Assembly: GCA_963758695.1 (NCBI GenBank)
Contig: CAVWWM010000010.1
Span: forward strand, 35,350-99,349
From: an uncultured Actinomycetes bacterium
GTDB taxonomy: Bacteria; Actinomycetota; Acidimicrobiia; Spongiisociales; DATADW01
Direction of reading: 5' to 3'
Length of the DNA: 64,000 nucleotides
Of this stretch, positions 42,701-53,639 are shown one piece after another. Within the stretch, counting starts at the first letter, position 1. Every line of letters begins with the position of its first letter. A model generated the notes under the pieces. The model was given only the letters and a program-made list of their open reading frames with translations, was not told the DNA's origin and ran no database searches. The position numbers were made by a program, and so were the translations under genes.

Positions 42701-44325
42701 TCGCCGGGCTCCAACTCGGTGAAGTAGGTCCGCACCAGGTCGCGCGAGGCCGGCGGAACCGTGAGCCGGTCGAATGCTTCGAGCGCTGCGCTCTGGTACT
42801 CGGCGAATCGCTCGGTGTATGGCGCCAGCGGCACATTCCTCAGCCCTTCACCCTCGACCCGTCCCCTCAACTCGCCCGGATCGAGACCTTCGAGACGCAC
42901 CCGCACCTCTTCGCCCTCCTCGAAGCCAACAGGGTCGAAGACGCTCACCCGGTCGGGCTCCTGGGCGGGGTCCTGGTCCCCGGTGCCACCCTGAACGGTG
43001 CCGTCGCCGCTGGCGGGATCGGGGGTCCCCGGGACCTGTGACCCCCCGGCACCCTGCCCGCCGCCCCCGCCGCCGGCACCCTGACCCTGACCTTGCCCCT
43101 GGTCCCTGGCCTTGCCCCTGCCCTTGGCCTTGTCCCTGGCCTTGGCCCTGGCCCTGGCCTTGCCCTTGACCCTGACCCTGCCCTGGCCCTGGCCTTCGCC
43201 CTGGCCTCTCTCCCTCGCCCTCTCCTTGTCCTTCGCCCTCCGCCTCACCGGTTCGCTGACTGTCCAACCGCTCCTGTGCGTCGCGCACCGCCGAGCGCGC
43301 CTGGGACTGCGGCTTCTGCCTCTGCAGCCTCCGACGTCGCCCTGTCCAGCTCGTCGGCGGCATGGCTCAGCGACTGTTCGCCCCCGGCTCCACCCCGTTG
43401 CAAATCGTCAGCCGCCCCTTCCAACGCCTCGGCCAGGTCGCCATCGATCCCTTGGAAGTCCTCGGCACGTTGCGCCAACTCGTCGGCTGCGGTCTCCAAC
43501 TCGGCGGGGGTCATCTCGCCCGCCCGCGGAGGCGAGGTCGCGAAGTTGGTCGGCCGCCGACTCGCCCTCCCCCAGCGGCTCCTGCTGCAGGCGGCGTTCC
43601 ATCCCGGCGAGCGCCGTTCGCCTCGCAAGCTCGGCGGGGTCGGATTGGGCGGCGAGCCTCTCCCGTGCCTCGCCGAGGCGGGCCAGCGCCTCATCGATGT
43701 CGTGCTGACTCACGCAGCCGGCGAGCAGTGTCCTCCAGTTGGCGCGCACCTCCTCGGGGAGGTCCGCCGCTTCCGCTTCGAGACGCTGTGCCTCCCGCTC
43801 GATCGCCTCGGACTGCCGATTTCTTTCCTGCAGCGCGGCGTCCGCCGGCGAAGGGATGAGTGCCAGGGTGAGAGCGGCGGCGACCCCGAGCGCGGCCAGC
43901 CAAGGCAAAGCCCCGCCGGTGATCACCGGACCGAGCGCCGTCGGATCCCGTCGCTCGGCCCATGCTGCTGCCGCGGTGACCTGGCGCCTTTCGGGCTCGC
44001 TCAGGTCGGGCCGGTCGACCAGCTCGAGGGCGGTGGAAACCCGGTCGTAGCCACCGAGGCGGCGGTCCGCCTCGAGAGCGGCCCGACCAAGCGAGGGGCG
44101 GCGTATCAGGGTCACCAATGCCACGACCACAAGCGCCGCCGCCAGGGTGAGAAGCGCAGCCGCCTCGGCCCAGGGAAGGATCACCATGCGACCAACGGCG
44201 AACACAGCAGCCGCCGCCACTGCGACCACCGCCACAGTGGTCAGCAGGCGCACCCACAAGGCGGCCAAGGTGAGCCGGCGACGAGCCACCGCCAGCAGGG
44301 ATCTGATCGACTCAGGCAGCGGCAT
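42697..44325 (-). CDS. Membrane-anchored coiled-coil protein with (GQ)n linker (several frameshifts)
   Basis: N-terminal TMs with DRVSTALE, helical middle, GQ repeats, C-terminal VPP..RDLVRTYF. Confidence 0.7.
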
Positions 44326-45351
44326 GCGTCACCTTGCCAGCCCTTTTCGATCCGTCCGGTGCTTTTACCCGCCTGGTTGCTGCGAACAGCGCCAGCAGCG
44401 AAATAAACCCGTAGATGGCCGCGGTACGGACCCACACCGGACCCCTCCTCGGGCGGAGCGGGGGAAGCTCGACTGCGTCCACTTCGTCCGGTCGGTCGTC
44501 GCCGAAGACAACCACATCCGGGGGAGCCACTCCGCCGCCGGCACTCTGGTCGGTGAACGGCGAGAGCCCGGCGCGAAGCGAGAGCAGAGCGTTGGGCGGC
44601 GAGAAGACAGCGACCTCGTTCATGACATCGGCCTCGATCGGCTCCTCCACCGCAGAGACCATTCCGATATACGGGTTGATCCACGAGGCGTAGATCTCAC
44701 GCCCTCCCACCGGGAAGAAGACATCCTGGGAGGGGCGGAAGGCGATGATCTCCGCAGCCATGACACCCAGGCTGAGAAATGCGATGAGGGCCGTCAGCGC
44801 GTATGCCCCCGCCACTGCGCCGCGGGTGCTGCGCGCCCTGGCCGATACCCAGAGCGAGATGCAGCCGAGGGTGAGGGCGGTCAACAGGATCATTCCCAGC
44901 CCGGCAACCGCCTCGCGGCAGCGATACACCACCGAAGAGGCTGGGCAGGGCGACGATCGGGGCGACCGCCACCAGAAGCAGCAGCACGTAGGACATCGAC
45001 GACATGAGCTTTCCACGCACCACCTGGCCGGCGCTCAACTGGCTGACCTGGAGAAGGGGGAGGGTAAGCCGCTCGCGCTCCCCGACGATGCTCAGCGCCA
45101 CCCCTCCGGGCACGACCATGACCACGCCGGTCATGAGCAGCACCAAAAGAGATTCGAACATGAACCTGCCCATGGTGGCCGCGGCGACGAAGGTGCCGCC
45201 CGGTGCCAAAGATGTTCTGGGCGACGAGCCGGGACAGTTGGTAGACGAGGTAGCCGAGCAGACCGACGGCGAGGATCCACAGGGTGAAGAGGACCGCCGA
45301 ACGGGGCCGCCGGAACCTCTCGGTGAGCTCGCGGCGGGCGACCGGATTCAT
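44312..45351 (-). CDS. ABC transporter permease (frameshifted)
   Basis: MNPVARREL, SIVGERERLTLPLL, GKL; spread over three frames. Confidence 0.82.
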
Positions 45352-46295
45352 GCCGGCTCCGCCTCGGTCTTGGCATCGTCGGTGATCCGGAGGAAGAGTT
45401 CCTCGAGGCCGGCGGACTCGACCCGCCACTCGGCAACGGCGATCCCTGCCTCGACCATCTCGCGCAACAGCGCAGCCGATAGCGTCCCATCGCCGCCCAT
45501 GGTGAAGCGGATCATTCCCTGCTCTACCGACAGGTCGCCGACCTCTGGGTGCTCCCTCATCAGACCGTCGGCGCGATCCACCTCGGAATCGGGGATGCGG
45601 GCCGTGACCCGTCTGCTACCCACCAGGGCGGCTCGGATGTCGTCGATCGAGCCCTGGGAGATCACCTTGCCCTTGTCGACCACCGCCAGGTGGCTGCAAA
45701 TCCCCTCCAGTTCGGAGAGGATGTGCGAGGAGATCACAACGGTCTTCCCCATGCGAGCCATCTCGGCGATGAGTTGACGGAGTTGAACCCTGGCCCGCGG
45801 GTCGAGCCCGGATGCGGGCTCGTCGAGGATCAGCACCTGTGGGTCGTGGACCAGTGCCCGTGCCAGCGAGAGACGCTGCTTCATGCCCCGGGACAGGGTG
45901 TTGACGTCGGCGTCGGCCTTGTCCTCCAGATCGACCAGTGAGAGCAGGTCGGTGACGAGGGCGGCTCTGGCTTCGGGGCGCACCCCGTGAGCGGCAGCGA
46001 AGAAGTCGAGGTACTCGGTCGAATCCAGGCTCTCGTACACGCCGAAGACGTCCGGCATCCAGCCGATCAACCGCCGAACCGACTTCGGATCGACCTCGGG
46101 ATCGACTCCGCCGACCCGCACCGACCCACCGTCCCGGGCGAGGAGGCTCGACATGAGCAGCATGGCCGTGGTCTTCCCGGCCCCGTTAGGGCCGACGAGT
46201 CCCATCACCGCCCCGTCGGGCACCGCCAGGTCGGCGCCGTCGAGCGCCCTCACCTGGCCATATCTCTTTTCGACGCCTTCCAACTCGATGATCAT
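45348..46295 (-). CDS. ABC transporter ATP-binding protein
   Basis: GPNGAGKT, LSRGMKQR, LDEPASGLDP. Confidence 0.95.
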   Translation of the reverse strand: MIIELEGVEKRYGQVRALDGADLAVPDGAVMGLVGPNGAGKTTAMLLMSSLLARDGGSVRVGGVDPEVDPKSVRRLIGWMPDVFGVYESLDSTEYLDFFAAAHGVRPEARAALVTDLLSLVDLEDKADADVNTLSRGMKQRLSLARALVHDPQVLILDEPASGLDPRARVQLRQLIAEMARMGKTVVISSHILSELEGICSHLAVVDKGKVISQGSIDDIRAALVGSRRVTARIPDSEVDRADGLMREHPEVGDLSVEQGMIRFTMGGDGTLSAALLREMVEAGIAVAEWRVESAGLEELFLRITDDAKTEAEPA

Positions 46296-48314
46296 GCCCC
46301 CGCCACCTCCCAGCTGAGGAGATGCTCGTACGGCAGGAAAGGCCCGCTGAGACGGCTCAGCCTGGCCATCACCTCGCCGCCAGGTGAGAGCAGTCCGTCG
46401 GCCACGTCGTCGCCGCGCTCGGGTCGAACCCACTCGCCTCGATCCCAATCCCACAAGTCGACGGCTTCCAGACCGCCGTCGAGGCGGAGACGACCCACGC
46501 CATCCGGGACCTGGTAGCGCAGCGCCAAGGTCCCCCCCTCGACAAATAGGATCCCATCGGTCCGGCTGACGAAACCGGCGTCGTCAACGTCGATCACCTC
46601 GGGCAGGGCCGTCCCCAACCCTGCGGTCTCGGCGTCGTCGAGGAACAGCGGGAGGAGAAGCAGCGATGGCCCCGAGGCTGCGATCGTCCGCTGGTCCACC
46701 TGCATCTCCGGTGCGAAGTCCTCGGTGAACCCGAACACGTAGAACCCGGCGAAGACCTCAGGGGCGAAAGCTCGCCCCCGACGACGCCAGCGGGTAGACC
46801 CGGTCCCACATCGTTGGGTCCTGGCCCGGGATGGCGAGCACCGCATCGGCGAGGGGGTTGCCTCCAAATCCCGACACTTCGGGTATCGCCAGTTCGATCA
46901 CCTCTTCCTCGCCGGGTTCGAGGGGATCGCCTGCCGGGGTCGCCCACCCCGGGCCTCCTGCTCCCCACGACCAGAAGGTCATCGGGGAGTCGTTGCGCAC
47001 CCGGACGGTGAGCATCCCAGCAGCGGTTTCAAGCTCCACCGCAGGCATCGCCACCTGCTCGCTCCACCTGGAATCGACTGCAGCCACCCCGAGCCTGGGG
47101 AAGTCGAAAGCGAGGCTGTGACCGTCCCCTTTGCCCTGGACGAGTGACCCGGACGGGCCGAACCAAACCTCCTCGGGCAGCGATGCACCGAGCCAGCCAT
47201 CTGGGAGGGTCATGACACGCTCGCCTTCGCTCCCCGATGCGAGCATGACCACCGATCCACCGCTGGCGGTCTCGGCGTCGGCGACGACCACCGAAGCGTG
47301 ACGGACCACCTCCTCCGAGACCCTGCTCCTACCGGCGAGCCAGAAGCCGGCAACGGCGAGCACGCTGATGACCGGGACCGTGACCCAGGCCAGCTCGGGG
47401 CGCCCCATGCGACGGAGGATCAAGAGGTTGACCGGCCCGACGATGACCGCATAACCCAAGATGGCCACAAGCAGCCATGAAATGTCGGGCACCAGCGCCT
47501 CGGAGGTGGCCATCGCGGCGGGAAGAAGGTTTGTGGCGGGCTGTGCGAACTGATCGCGGCCCAGCCCGGCGGTGGGGACGTCGCGCAGCAAACCTGCCCA
47601 GGTGGGCGCATCCAGACCGGCGATGCTCTCCACCGAGATGATCTCGCCGCGCCCGGATCTCTGCAAAGAGGAATCACCGAGCGGCGAGACCGTGTCGGCC
47701 TCGACCTCGAGAGCGGAGAGATCGCGGTCCTGGCCGATTACCCGGCCTCCCCGACGGACCCAAGAAACCACCCCTGACCGTTCTTCGGAACCGAGAGCCG
47801 CGAGATCGCCCGGGCCGGCTATCAGATACCCGAGTGGTCCGGGGTCGGCGAGGTCGGCGGCAGCGACCTCGATTGGGATGACAGGCCTCCCCAGAGGGGT
47901 GGAACGCACCGAGCCGAGGACCGCCGCCGTCTCCGGAGCGCCGAGCAACCCAACGAGCAACTCGTCATCGGGAGTGGACACCTGCACGTCCTCGGAGACG
48001 ATCTGGTCGCCACCGTCGGCAACGAGCGAGATGCTGACGCGGCCTCCATCCGAAGGGGGCATGTAGATCTCGTAGACCTTCGTTCCATCGCCGGGAACCT
48101 CCACCGGGACCTGCCGGGTGAGCCCGTCCAACTCCACCACGATCTCGCCAACCAGCAGCGCCGGAGACGTCACCTCGACCACCACCCTCACCGGCCTGTC
48201 CGGATGGACGTAGCCGGAGACGCCCGCCGTTGCGGTGACCGTGGCCGCTTCGGCAGGCGGCTCCCCTTGAGTGAACAGGGCGGCGAGGAGCAAGGGCGCA
48301 GCGAGTAGGCGCAC
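46292..48314 (-). CDS. Membrane protein, first gene of the MoxR/ABC operon (frameshift near 46770)
   Basis: Signal peptide, WVRRGG, YAVIVGPVN...LAWVTVP TM pair. Confidence 0.75.
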
Positions 48315-48417
48315 GTCGATCAGACGCCTGCCGAAGCCCGGTGGTTCCGCTCGCCTGCGGAGCAAACACCCGGCCCTGCGCCGAGGCGTGGAGGCCGGCT
48401 TTGCGGCCGGGTCATCC

Positions 48418-49515
48418 TCATGCGGGCCGAGCTTCTCGGACGGCTTCGATTGCCTCGCCGGCGACCAGGATCCCAACCACGTCGTCCCCTTCGACGACCA
48501 GAAAGACCCGGTTCCCGGAAAACTCCTTCTCGAGAACGCTCTCGAGGTCCTGGTCGGGCCCGATCATGTCGTCGGGACCCATCCGACGCATCACAGCCGC
48601 TACGGGTGTGGATTCCATCACTTGCTGGGGGAGGCGCCGAGCTGACGCCAGACTGACCACGCCAACCGCCCGCCCCCACGGGTCTACCACCGGGTGAAGA
48701 TCGCCGGCCGACTCATCGGCCAGAGCGAGCAGCCCTTCGACGGGTAGCGCCGGCGAAGCCGACCAAGACCGGGGTTCCATGGCGACCCGGACGCTCGTAC
48801 CGCGTCCCCGCCTCGCTCCGGCCGCCGGGCTCTCTGCCACCGAGGCCGCCTGCCACAGGAAAATGCCGATGAACACGAGCCACAACCCGGTCAAGCCCTG
48901 GGCCGCCCACATCCAGGCACCTGCCGCCACCAGAAGTGCCGCCACCACCCTGCCTGAGATCGCTGCAACCCTGGTTGCCTTCCGCAGGCTCCCGGTCCAC
49001 CGCCACACCACCGCCCGCAGCACCCGGCCGCCGTCCATGGGAAAACCGGGGAGCAGGTTGAACAAGCCCAATCCCACGTTCACAGACCCCAGCCAATCGA
49101 GGATCGACACCGCCAGGCGTGGCCCGGGCACAACCGCTGCTGCACCGAGGAATACGAGACCGATCACCACCGAGGAGAGAGGCCCGACCACGGTCACCAA
49201 AAGCTCCTCGCGTGCCGTCCGAGGCTCCTCCTCCAACTGGGAAACCCCACCGAAAACGAACAACCGGATCGAGCTGACTCCGAGACCGAGCCTTCGGGCC
49301 ATCGCGGAGTGACTCGCCTCATGGATGACGACCCCGACGAAGAAGAGGAGGGATGCCAGGACGGCTGCACCCCACAGGGCGGCCGACGACGATGTGGGAT
49401 TGGTCCGCTCGAATGTGGCTCTGAGACTGAGGGTGATGAGGCCCGCGATCACGAACCACGACGGTGACAAGACCACCGGGATGCCAAAGACGCGAAATAC
49501 GCCGGTTTGTGTCAT
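48418..49515 (-). CDS. Site-2 protease (M50) with CBS-like domains
   Basis: HEASH and FNLLPGFPMDGGR motifs. Confidence 0.93.
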   Translation of the reverse strand: MTQTGVFRVFGIPVVLSPSWFVIAGLITLSLRATFERTNPTSSSAALWGAAVLASLLFFVGVVIHEASHSAMARRLGLGVSSIRLFVFGGVSQLEEEPRTAREELLVTVVGPLSSVVIGLVFLGAAAVVPGPRLAVSILDWLGSVNVGLGLFNLLPGFPMDGGRVLRAVVWRWTGSLRKATRVAAISGRVVAALLVAAGAWMWAAQGLTGLWLVFIGIFLWQAASVAESPAAGARRGRGTSVRVAMEPRSWSASPALPVEGLLALADESAGDLHPVVDPWGRAVGVVSLASARRLPQQVMESTPVAAVMRRMGPDDMIGPDQDLESVLEKEFSGNRVFLVVEGDDVVGILVAGEAIEAVREARPA

Positions 49516-49559
49516 CCGCGTCCCGCCACGGTAACGCCGCGCCGGCGCTCTCAGGCTCC

Positions 49560-49586
49560 GAACCGCCTGGACCCGATGGTGCGTAC
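49560..49586 (+). promoter_or_regulatory. ECF-sigma-type promoter
   Basis: GAACCGCCTG-N10-TGCGTAC, shared with 18768-18793. Confidence 0.6.
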
Positions 49587-49617
49587 AGCAGCGTGCTGCT
49601 CAAGGGAGGAACGACCA

Positions 49618-50216
49618 ATGCGCACCATCCGGACCGTCATCATCGCCGCCCTGGCCCTGACCATGGCAGCTTGTGGTGGGGCCACCACCGATACCACTGC
49701 CGATGCCGGTGCCCAGGAGGCCACCACCATCGCCGCCGATACAACGGCGGCGGCGGACACCACGGCTGCAGCCGATACCACCGCGGCGCCTGACACCACC
49801 ATGGCCGCCGAGACCACGGCAACCTCGACCGAGGACACAACGGACGACTCGACGGATGACTCGGCGGGGCAGCCATGGAGATCGCGACTACGGAGAGCGA
49901 CCTCGGAACCATCCTGGTCGATGCAGAGGGCCGGACGCTCTACGCGTTCCTAAACGACGCCGATGGCGAGCCCACCTGCGCCGGCGACTGCGCCGAGTCC
50001 TGGCCGGCTTTCACAGGAACCGCATCGGCCGGCGAGGGTGTGGACGATTCGCTGATCAGCACCGTGGACGCGCTCGAAGGCGGGACGCAGGTGAAGTACG
50101 GCGACTGGCCGCTCTACTACTTCGCCGGGGACGAGGCGGCCGGGGACGTCAACGGCCAGGGTCTCGGTGAGGTTTGGTACGTGATCGGCCCGGACGGCGA
50201 GCCGATCCAGGGCTAA
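49618..50216 (+). CDS. Lipoprotein with secreted repeats (COG4315-type; frameshift near 49870)
   Basis: Lipobox MAAC, (AADTT)n linker, GRTLYAF..D, C...CAESWP, WPLYYF.GD..GDVNG. Confidence 0.85.
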
Positions 50217-50229
50217 CCAGCGGCCCGGG

Positions 50230-50862
50230 TCACTTCTTGGCGGACTCGTAGTAGGGATCGTCGCCGGAGGCGTGGTCGGTTACGTCGACCACGCCTACCA
50301 ACTCGGGGATCGCTTCGAGCAGGATGCGCTCGATCCCGTGCCTGAGGGTGACCTGGGCCATCCCGCAGCCCTGGCAGCCCCCCATCATCCGCAGGTAGAC
50401 GGTGTCGTCCTCCACCGAGACCAGTTCGGCCGCCCCGCCGTGGGCAGCGATCGCCGGGTTCACCTGGAGTTCGAGAACCTGACGCACCTGCTCGACGAGC
50501 GGACCGCTCAACTCACCGGTCGGGACCGATCCCATGGTCGGGCTCCCCGGTCGGTTCGGGTTGTCGATGGTCAGACCGGGCGCGGCGGGGTCGGCGGACA
50601 TCGCCAGGGTGGCGCCTTGGAGCTTTGTGGTGTCGCCCGCAGGGATCACCACTGCCAGCCCGTCGTGACGTTCGATGATGTCGTCGGTACGGGCATCGCT
50701 CAGTGGGATGAAAGACAGCTCGTATGCGAAGGCGGGCCACTTGATGCCGCTGACCTCGATCGCCAGCGCCAACTCCCCGTCTTCGTCCCCCTCGTCGGTC
50801 ATCACCTCGCGGACAAAGGCGATCGCCTCGTCGGTGAGGGTGAGGATGGTCTCGTCGGCCAT
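50230..50862 (-). CDS. nfuA: Fe-S biogenesis protein, NfuA-like
   Basis: Degenerate A-type N-domain plus NFU domain GGCQGC, DVTDH, PYY. Confidence 0.88.
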   Translation of the reverse strand: MADETILTLTDEAIAFVREVMTDEGDEDGELALAIEVSGIKWPAFAYELSFIPLSDARTDDIIERHDGLAVVIPAGDTTKLQGATLAMSADPAAPGLTIDNPNRPGSPTMGSVPTGELSGPLVEQVRQVLELQVNPAIAAHGGAAELVSVEDDTVYLRMMGGCQGCGMAQVTLRHGIERILLEAIPELVGVVDVTDHASGDDPYYESAKK

Positions 50863-50946
50863 TGGGGATGATGCTAACCCCCGGGGGGCACATTGCGATG
50901 AGAGGGGGCCGTCACCACAGCACCCGCGGCGGACCATCATGGCGAG

Positions 50947-52170
50947 GTGCCGACCGCTCTCCTCGTCCTCCCCACCACCGCCTACCGGGTGAGCGACTAC
51001 CTCGATGCCGCCGCAGCTCTCGGTGTGGACGTGGCAGTCGCCTCCGAGGAGGACCAGGCGCTCGCCGACCAGATGGGCGAGCGCTTCCTCCGCATCGACC
51101 TCCACCGCCCGGAATGGTCAGCCGACCGAATCGTCGAGCGCTCACAGAGCCAGGCGATCGACGCAATCGTCCCGGTGGACGACCAGGGTGTCCTGGTGGC
51201 GGCGCTGGCCGCCAGGCGGCTCGGGCTGGCGCACAATCCGCCCCATGCGGTGGCGCTGACACGAAACAAGGCGGGGATGCGACGCGCCATGAAGCTCCGG
51301 GGTGTGCCGCAGCCCGACTTCAGGGTGGTGGAAGGCGGTGACGACCCGGCCGTCCTGGCCGGGGAGATCGGCCTCCCCGTGGTCATCAAGCCGCTCTCGC
51401 TCAACGCCAGCCGAGGTGTAATCCGGGTCGACGAGCCGTCGGCCGTGACGGCTACCGCCGAACGGGTGCGCCGGATAGTCGCCGTGGCCGGTGGCAACCC
51501 CCAGGAGCCCATCTTGGTCGAGGAGTACGTCCCCGGCCAGGAAGTGGCGGTAGAGGGGTTGCTGCGCCGCGGCGAGATGGAATCGCTCGCCGTGTTCGAC
51601 AAGCCAGACCCCCTCGTTGGCCCCTACTTCGAGGAGACCATCTTCGTAACGCCCTCGCGGCTCCACCCCGAGATGGTCGATGAGGTGCTGGCGGTGACCC
51701 GGATGGCTGTGAGCGCCCTCGGTCTGCTCGAGGGACCCATCCACGCCGAACTCCGCGTCGACGGCAGCACTGTGCGTCTCGTCGAGGTCGCCTCCCGGCC
51801 GATCGGCGGTCTCTGTGCCCGCTCGCTCCGCTTCGGGATGATGGGAACGACGCTCGAGACCGTCTTGTTGCGCCACGCCCTCGATCTCCCCGCTGCCGGA
51901 GTGCGACGCTCGTTGCAGGCCTCAGGTGTGTTGATGATCAGGATCCCGCGAGCGGGGCGGTTGATGGGTGTCGAAGGCGTGGACGAGGCTCTCGGGGTCG
52001 ATGGGGTCACCGGCGTCGAGTTGTCGGTGTCAGCCGGCACCTACTTGATGCCGGTGCCAGAGGGGGGCCGGTATCTGGGCTTTGTGTTCGCCTCGGCCGA
52101 GCGCCCCGACGAGGTCGAGGCGGCGCTGCGGTCCGCCGATGACCTGATCTCTGTCCGGATCGAGGGCTGA
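50947..52170 (+). CDS. ATP-grasp domain protein
   Basis: NKAGMR, VIKP..ASRGV, VEEYVPG.EVAVEG, FDKPDPL.GPYFEET. Confidence 0.9.
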   Translation: MPTALLVLPTTAYRVSDYLDAAAALGVDVAVASEEDQALADQMGERFLRIDLHRPEWSADRIVERSQSQAIDAIVPVDDQGVLVAALAARRLGLAHNPPHAVALTRNKAGMRRAMKLRGVPQPDFRVVEGGDDPAVLAGEIGLPVVIKPLSLNASRGVIRVDEPSAVTATAERVRRIVAVAGGNPQEPILVEEYVPGQEVAVEGLLRRGEMESLAVFDKPDPLVGPYFEETIFVTPSRLHPEMVDEVLAVTRMAVSALGLLEGPIHAELRVDGSTVRLVEVASRPIGGLCARSLRFGMMGTTLETVLLRHALDLPAAGVRRSLQASGVLMIRIPRAGRLMGVEGVDEALGVDGVTGVELSVSAGTYLMPVPEGGRYLGFVFASAERPDEVEAALRSADDLISVRIEG

Positions 52171-52175
52171 CAATT

Positions 52176-52473
52176 TTGGCCCGTGGGGGGGACGACCCCC
52201 CTACACCCCCCCGCCGGCCCGCAGTGCGCTCGCTGCACCTGGGGAAGGGGAGAGCGCGTCGCTTGACCTCTCGATCGGTTGGCCCGTGGGGGGGACGACC
52301 CCCCCTACACCCCCGCCGGCCCGCGGTGCGCTCGCTGCCACTGGGAAGGCGGGAGCGCGTCGCTTGACCCTCGATTGGCTCGTGGGGGGGACGACCCCCA
52401 AGACCCCCGCCGGCCCGCAGTGCTCTCTCGCTGCACCTGGGAAGGCGGGAGCACGTCGTTTGACTCTCAATCG
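52176..52473 (+). repeat. Three tandem ~100-bp REP-like units
   Basis: Units start at 52176, 52279 and 52375 with TTGGCYCGTGGGGGGGACGACCCCC and end with GCRCGTCGYTTGAC; no spacers. Confidence 0.9.
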
Positions 52474-52494
52474 ACCGGCGTCTCCAGGGCCGGG

Positions 52495-53587
52495 TTATCG
52501 CCGCGGGCCCCACCTTCGGAACACCGTACGACGCTGTCCGGGTGCGGAGCGGTCCGAGGTCCACGGGGCGTAAGGCGCCATGGTCAATTCGGCCAGCGAG
52601 AGAAGCACCGTGTCGTAGTTGACCCGCCACCCGGCGAATGCCGCCCAGGCTGCGTCACGATCGTTGCGCATCGGGACGCCGGCTGCGGCCAAGGTTTCAA
52701 TCGCCTCGTCGAACTCGGCCCGCGTGATGCTCACCGGGTCGGTTGGCGACGGATCGGGGTCGAAGACGATCCCAAAGAAGGCGGCCACATGGCGGAGGGC
52801 GATGTAGCCGGCGCGCAGGCAGATGTCGGCGGAGGGATCGTGTGGGATGTCGAGCGCGGCGTTGATCAGCGCGGCCGTGTCGAGCACCGCACCCCCGGCG
52901 GTGATCCACGAACGATCGGGTTGGGGAGAGCGGAAGAAGACAAGCGGGGGGTATGAGGTATGGGTCTCGTCCACCTCGGCGAACCAGCGCTCCCAGTCAT
53001 CCCATAGTGCCGAGTAGGAGTCGGCCCACCCGATGCGGTGGAACCTGATGAGCAACCCCACCGCCGAGGGCGGGCTGCCCGCCCTGACCTCGAGCAACGC
53101 CACCTCCCTCTCCCGGCGGCTGAAGGCGTTGTACATCGTGGGCAGATAGCTGATGAGCAAGGCGACGATCCCAAGCCCTGCAGTCGCCTCGGCGAAGACG
53201 AGCACGTGGTCCCAGAAGGACTCGGCACGGACGAACCCCAGGGTCAGCAGCGAGGATCCGCTCAACGAGAAGGCCTCGAACCCTGTCCTCCCACCGAGCG
53301 ACCAGAACATGAGGGTGAAGCCCATGGCAACGGTGAACGCCCAGGCAAAGGGGAGCAGGACGAGACTGACCGGGGCGTAGAGGGCCATGACCCGGTCGCG
53401 GGCGACATACGTCGCGCCGCTCCGATGCGAGCAGACGGAAGAGCCTCCCGGTGGTGAAGAACACCGCTCTGGTGAGCAGGTTGACGTCGCCGCGGGGGAG
53501 AACGACGGTCCGCACCGCGGCCAGAAAACCCCAACCGGCGACCAGGAGGCCGCTGATGAAGGTCACAACTCGCAGGGCGGTCATCAC
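52495..53587 (-). CDS. Potassium-channel-like membrane protein (frameshift near 53410)
   Basis: TM-pore-TM with SGSSLLTLGF, ISYLPTMYNAFSRRE, ETHTSYP.L.FFRS. Confidence 0.7.
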
Positions 53588-53639
53588 GGGGCCGGGACGC
53601 TACTCGGGATAGCAGGCGGCTCCCTGCCAGGATGGACGG

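Noticed and set aside
49720-49860. 15-18-bp DNA repeats as a non-coding array
   Set aside because: They encode the (AADTT)n linker of the lipoprotein; the 6-bp repeats at ~43080-43245 likewise encode a GQ linker.
52176-52473. CRISPR array
   Set aside because: Units are ~100 bp and similar along their whole length, with no unique spacers and no cas genes.
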